From the NCBI GenBank assembly GCA_963525425.1, contig CAURII010000002.1, positions 145,259-209,258 on the forward strand: a DNA stretch of 64,000 bases, in the 5' to 3' direction. Shown here in pieces: positions 59,636-64,000 of the stretch. The DNA comes from an uncultured Candidatus Saccharibacteria bacterium. Its GTDB lineage: Bacteria; Patescibacteriota; Saccharimonadia; Saccharimonadales; Saccharimonadaceae. Every line of letters begins with the position of its first letter. Position 1 is the first letter of the stretch. Both the position numbers and the translations under genes were made by a program. Under the pieces are notes generated by a model, which saw nothing but the letters and a program-made list of their open reading frames with translations, was not told the origin of the DNA and searched no databases.

Positions 59636-60178
59636 ATGAGCGTTCAATATACACTGTTAGGTTTTTTAGCGGAAGAGTCAAATTACGGCTACGAGTTGAA
59701 GAAAAAATATGACGGCTATTTTGGCAAAGATAAGCCAATTTTAACCGGTCAGATATATTCAACTTTGGCGCGGCTCAAACGCGACAACAAGGTCAAAGAA
59801 ATTGCCGATACCAGTGAATCGGGCGGGCCGGATCGGGTTCGGTATGAGATTACCGATGAGGGCAAGCATGATTTGCAAGCATGGTTGGAATCACCAGAGG
59901 CGCCGTCACCACAGCTGCAAGCGACGATGTATATAAAGGCGGTATTGGCGATTTTGAAAGACGGCGATGCGTCACCGTATTTGGATAACCAACGGCAGGC
60001 GCATATTCAGCGGATGCGAGAGCTGACAGCGCAGCGGCGCGATAGTAGCTTGTCGGACATGCTGCTGATCGATCATGCATTGTATCATTTGGAGGCGGAT
60101 TTGCGCTGGATTGAATTAACTATTTCGCGGTTAACGCGGCTAAAGGAGGAAATTTTGCATGAGCAAACCAATAATTAG
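59636..60178 (+). CDS. PadR-family transcriptional regulator
   Basis: LLGFL, YGYELKK, GQIYSTL.RL, YEITDEGK..L..WL, LEADLRW. Confidence 0.92.
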   Translation: MSVQYTLLGFLAEESNYGYELKKKYDGYFGKDKPILTGQIYSTLARLKRDNKVKEIADTSESGGPDRVRYEITDEGKHDLQAWLESPEAPSPQLQATMYIKAVLAILKDGDASPYLDNQRQAHIQRMRELTAQRRDSSLSDMLLIDHALYHLEADLRWIELTISRLTRLKEEILHEQTNN

Positions 60179-60896
60179 CGCTAAAAATATTACAAAGTCG
60201 TTTGGGCAAACGCAGGCGCTGCGTGGTGTTAGTTTGGACGTCGAGGCGGGCGAAGTACTGGCGATTATGGGTCCGTCAGGTTCTGGCAAGTCGACGCTGC
60301 TGCATAGCTTGGCGGCGATTACTAAGGTTGATAGCGGCGAGATTGATTTCGACGGACGGCGGATCGACAAACTGAGCGATGATCAGCGCAGTATTTTACG
60401 GCGCACCAGCTTTGGCTTTGTCTTTCAGTTTGGACAGTTGGTGCCAGAGCTGACAGCGCTGGATAATGTGGCGCTGCCGCTGCTACTGAACGGTGTCAAG
60501 CGTAAAGAAGCCTATCAGCAGGCGAAAACATGGCTGAATAAGGTTGAGCTGGCGGGTAAAGCTGACAGTATGCTCGGTGAATTATCGGGCGGACAAATGC
60601 AGCGCGTGGCGATCGCCCGGGCGATGGTGATTGAGCCAAAAGTGCTGTTCGCTGATGAGCCGACTGGTTCGCTGGACAGTCTGAATTCAGAGAGAGTCAT
60701 GGAGCTATTCATTAAAACCGCCAAAGACCACGGTACGACAGTTATCATGGTGACGCACGAACCGACGATTGCTGCTTATGCTGATCGGGAAATTATTGTC
60801 CGTGATGGGCAAATTTCTGGTGCGGATACAGCGGTGAATATGGTGCAGAATATCCAGCCAAATCTTAACAAAGCCAGTGCGAGGATTACCAAATGA
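60159..60896 (+). CDS. ABC transporter ATP-binding protein (LolD/MacB-like)
   Basis: GPSGSGKSTLL, GFVFQ, LSGGQMQRVAIARA, ADEPTGSLD, VTH. Confidence 0.95.
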   Translation: MSKPIISAKNITKSFGQTQALRGVSLDVEAGEVLAIMGPSGSGKSTLLHSLAAITKVDSGEIDFDGRRIDKLSDDQRSILRRTSFGFVFQFGQLVPELTALDNVALPLLLNGVKRKEAYQQAKTWLNKVELAGKADSMLGELSGGQMQRVAIARAMVIEPKVLFADEPTGSLDSLNSERVMELFIKTAKDHGTTVIMVTHEPTIAAYADREIIVRDGQISGADTAVNMVQNIQPNLNKASARITK

Positions 60897-63118
60897 GTGT
60901 TAGCTGGATGTTACTCAAAAAATCTGGCCGCCAGTCAGTAGTGCGTTTGGGTTTGACTACGGTGGCGGTGGCGCTGGGGATCGTGATGGTGTGCTACTTT
61001 ACAGCTGGTGTCAACGGTATAATGGGGCGTGCTAATGGACTAGCAATTAATACGGCGGCGTACCAGGCGAGCCGTGGCGCACCTTCACAAAAACCGATTG
61101 ACGGTGTCGAGTCGCTGAAAGTTGGCGGTACCCGGCGCGGCGATGCGTCGAAGTGGCGCGGTCAGTACATCCAGTCTTATTCAATGTATGGTACGGCTAA
61201 ATCACCGCAGTTTGCTAAGTTAAAAACGCCGCGTCCTGGTGAATACTACTTATCAAAAGCGTTGGCTGATGCGGTTGCTCAGCATCCAGAGGACAATATC
61301 TTGGCACGTTTTGGTAAAAACACCAAATACCTGGGCATAATTCCTAGCGAATATGTTGCCAGCCCGGATGCATTGATGATGGTACGTGGCGCGAGCGCCG
61401 AGGAAGTGGCCGAGAGCGATGCTTTTACCAAATCTCAGGGACAGCCATCATACTTTGCTGATGTTTATCGGACGGATGCTAACGGATTAAAATCGGACGC
61501 TAAAATAGGTCCGGTTGCCGTCATCGTATTTAGTGTCGGCGGGACGATTCTGCTGTTTCCGATTGTCATTTTCGTGTCAGTAGCAACGCAGCTGGGCGCT
61601 GCGCAACGCGAGAAACGCTATGCTGCTTTGCGGCTGATCGGCGCGACTAAGCGGCAGGTGGGACGGGTGTTGATGTTGGAATCGCTACTGGCGTCGGTGG
61701 TTGGCGTGATTATCGGGCTAGGCACGTTCTGGCTGTTGCAAGCGCCGCTGCAGGATTTCAAGATGGACGGCATGCGGTTTAATCCTGGTGATTTGGTGTT
61801 AACTGGCACGCAATATGCGTTGATTATCGGTTTGACGCTGGGACTAACGATGTTTGTCAACTGGCGGCGGATGCGCCGGGCGCAGATTTCGCCGCTGGGT
61901 GTGTCGCGTTCGGTTGAAAAGGTGAAGAAATTGCGCGCTTGGCGGGCGCTGGTGCCAGCACTTGGTATCGCGTTCTTTGCTTGGCTGTCGTCGAAACCGG
62001 GGCGGGATTGGCTGGCGGCTAATAAAGAATCAGCTCTGCCATCGGTACTATTGATGGCGGCGCTGCTGCTGGTGATGTTCGGGCTGATTCTGGCTGGCGG
62101 CTGGCTGACCAATAAGCTGTCGCTGTTGGCAGCGCGCTGGGCTAATAACGCTTCGATGTTGATCGCTGGTAAGCGTACGGCGGTGCATTCGCGGACAATT
62201 TTCCGCAGTGTCAGCGGCGTGGTATTGGCACTATTTGCGGGCAGCTTTTACTTGACAGCGACCAGTGGTATTGAAGGCTTAAACACTCAAGCTGTCAAAG
62301 ATAACGGCTTTTCACAATTAAAGCGCGGCACGGCAATTGTCATCGGCCGATCGCTGCCAGGCGACATGGCAGAGCAGCTGCAGCAAAAATCTTACATCAC
62401 GTCGGTGGCGGAGATCTATCCGCGTGAGGATGGTGACGCAATTCGCTGCCAGGATTTGGCGAAGTACACCGAGCATACTTGTCCGAATAACGCTCGGCCC
62501 GACCAATTTGCGCTGCTGAATTTTGATAAGCCGGTGGTCAAAAATGTGTCGCTAATTAACGATAAGGTTGATACGAACGGCGTAAAAGAATATTTGGTGA
62601 CATTGAAGTCAGACAATGATATAGAGAAGCTGCGAACCTTGGTGACGGCGAAAGCTAATCAGTACGATTTGACCTATGCGGTGAGCGGCACTGATTCCAA
62701 GAAGCCGCATATCAATCCGACAATTCGCGAGTTTGCCGACTTGGCCTATGTTGGTATCGGCGTGACGCTGTTTGTGGCGGTGGCGAGCTTGATCGTCTCG
62801 ACGATTGGCGGGTTGATGGAACGTCGCCGCTCGCTGTATACGCTGCGGCTGGGCGGTATGCGCCTTGCGCAATTGAAACGTTTGGTGATGGTTGAATCGG
62901 TGGCGCCGCTGCTGATTACTTCGGTGCTGTCGTGCGGTTTTGGCGTGTGGACGGGAGCGGTGTTTACCAGCACGTTCTCGACGACGCTGAAGCCGGTGTT
63001 AACGCCAACGTACTTTGCCATCGTTGGTATCGGTCTGGCGGCAGCTATCATTGGTATTTACTTGATCCTGCCGATGGTTGATAAACTGACACGGTCGGAG
63101 GCTAACCAGACCGAGTAG
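60893..63118 (+). CDS. FtsX-like ABC permease
   Basis: Two FtsX-type modules (REKRYAALRLIGAT..Q; ERRRSLYTLRLGG). Confidence 0.88.
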   Translation: MSVSWMLLKKSGRQSVVRLGLTTVAVALGIVMVCYFTAGVNGIMGRANGLAINTAAYQASRGAPSQKPIDGVESLKVGGTRRGDASKWRGQYIQSYSMYGTAKSPQFAKLKTPRPGEYYLSKALADAVAQHPEDNILARFGKNTKYLGIIPSEYVASPDALMMVRGASAEEVAESDAFTKSQGQPSYFADVYRTDANGLKSDAKIGPVAVIVFSVGGTILLFPIVIFVSVATQLGAAQREKRYAALRLIGATKRQVGRVLMLESLLASVVGVIIGLGTFWLLQAPLQDFKMDGMRFNPGDLVLTGTQYALIIGLTLGLTMFVNWRRMRRAQISPLGVSRSVEKVKKLRAWRALVPALGIAFFAWLSSKPGRDWLAANKESALPSVLLMAALLLVMFGLILAGGWLTNKLSLLAARWANNASMLIAGKRTAVHSRTIFRSVSGVVLALFAGSFYLTATSGIEGLNTQAVKDNGFSQLKRGTAIVIGRSLPGDMAEQLQQKSYITSVAEIYPREDGDAIRCQDLAKYTEHTCPNNARPDQFALLNFDKPVVKNVSLINDKVDTNGVKEYLVTLKSDNDIEKLRTLVTAKANQYDLTYAVSGTDSKKPHINPTIREFADLAYVGIGVTLFVAVASLIVSTIGGLMERRRSLYTLRLGGMRLAQLKRLVMVESVAPLLITSVLSCGFGVWTGAVFTSTFSTTLKPVLTPTYFAIVGIGLAAAIIGIYLILPMVDKLTRSEANQTE

Positions 63119-63148
63119 CCTGTCTCCGGTCTGAAGGGCAGTCTCATA

Positions 63149-63181
63149 AAAAGCGTTCCAGTTGATGGCTGGAGCGCTTTT
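63149..63181. terminator. Bidirectional intrinsic terminator
   Basis: AAAAGCGTTCCAGT-TGATG-GCTGGAGCGCTTTT. Confidence 0.7.
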
Positions 63182-63371
63182 AGCTCAAAGTTTTATAATC
63201 AGAATTCTACCGCTATTAAGAACTATAGTCTCTCCCGAGACATCTCTATGACAAGCACTCGCCCTTGCTTACGATGAATGCTGGACCATATCTATATGAT
63301 GCGGATTATCTTTTACATAAAGGGCGATTCTTTTTTCAGGTTCGATGTTTCTCTATAGTAAAACTATCAAG

Positions 63372-63782
63372 TTAGTGGCGGTAGAGCTCCAGATTATAGT
63401 CTACAAATAACACAACAAACACATTCTCTCTAAATATTCCTATCATTCTATGATCTTTACTTACGTACATTGAAAATACATGTTTTACATCAGGAGTGAT
63501 AGTGTTTGGCAGGGGTACTTTCAACTGACCTACAGATATCTTCTCTGTCCCGCCAGTAGTATGTCGCCCCTTGTTCAGTAGCCCAATATAGTCAAACTGG
63601 CTGCACGTATCTATTGTATCTGCAATTCGTGATTTATACACCTTATTTTTAGTAGACGCTATCATGTAATCGCTATGTACGTCGCCAAAGTAGAACATTA
63701 TTTTTTTGAGATTCTGTTCCTTGAGGCTAGGTTTTTCTGGAGGAATAGTCCCACGAACTAACTTGAAAGCCTTTCGAGACAT
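63372..63782 (-). CDS. Putative toxin (RelE-like fold) of a Panacea TA pair
   Basis: 136 aa, basic; C-terminal RMIG....VFVVLFVD...LY.H; starts 1 nt after the Panacea gene stop. Confidence 0.55.
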   Translation of the reverse strand: MSRKAFKLVRGTIPPEKPSLKEQNLKKIMFYFGDVHSDYMIASTKNKVYKSRIADTIDTCSQFDYIGLLNKGRHTTGGTEKISVGQLKVPLPNTITPDVKHVFSMYVSKDHRMIGIFRENVFVVLFVDYNLELYRH

Positions 63783-63783
63783 T

Positions 63784-64000
63784 TTACCCTATCTGTGAAG
63801 AAAAGTATGCTTTGAGCTTACTATTGGTGATCTCCTCTTGTAGTGGCGTACTCTTCCAAGGTTCTTCCTTGTGAGTCATTTCCATAAGCTTCCAGGCAGA
63901 AAACTGTCCAAGCTGCTCAAACACGGAGTCTAACAGATTTTTTGTTTCACCAACAAAACTAAACTCTGCAAGAGTGTATCCAAGCTTAGCCTCTAGCTCG
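63784..64000 (-). CDS. Panacea (DUF4065/SocA/GepA) antitoxin, 3' part only (absent from the ORF track)
   Basis: Manual translation: ...LLDSVFEQLGQFSAWKLMEMTHKEEPWKSTPLQEEITNSKLKAYFSSQIG*; SA..L..MTH.E.PW motif. Confidence 0.8.
   Translation of the reverse strand, partial: ELEAKLGYTLAEFSFVGETKNLLDSVFEQLGQFSAWKLMEMTHKEEPWKSTPLQEEITNSKLKAYFSSQIG

Overview
A gene-dense bacterial chromosomal window (standard genetic code). The gene repertoire and promoter style suggest a Saccharibacteria (TM7/Patescibacteria) host-associated epibiont, but this is inference and no marker gene is present. From left to right: (1) a partial secreted lysozyme/lytic-transglycosylase-like gene missed by the ORF track; (2) a ~19 kb cell-surface glycan locus with rmlABCD, a second rmlD, GT2/GT4/GT8 enzymes, a priming transferase, an O-antigen-ligase-like protein, a Wzx-like flippase, a GT2+DUF2304 pair and two tandem DUF2142 genes sharing an identical 361-bp block; (3) a truncated LexA, tRNA-Asn and a 995-aa wall-anchored GH16 enzyme; (4) a GT2-GT39 fusion and an OmpR-family two-component system, both preceded by a CiaR-type direct-repeat box; (5) ABC transporters and kinases; (6) an nrdD-nrdG-reductase operon with tandem NrdR boxes; (7) a defence hotspot: radC, an HATPase+STAS pair behind a perfect 16-bp inverted repeat, a type III R-M system whose mod and res genes are split by a chain of coupled cargo genes (DUF4747-like + 4TM pair, RhuM, orphan, 38-aa mini-ORF), then a PHP-ATPase (Ppl-like) with a small partner; (8) a PgdA-like deacetylase, thiol-redox genes, DpnI, a PadR-ABC operon and a Panacea toxin-antitoxin pair at the right edge. 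The strongest candidates for undescribed systems are the cargo modules in and around the type III R-M locus. Family calls come from motif recognition by eye; no searches were run.
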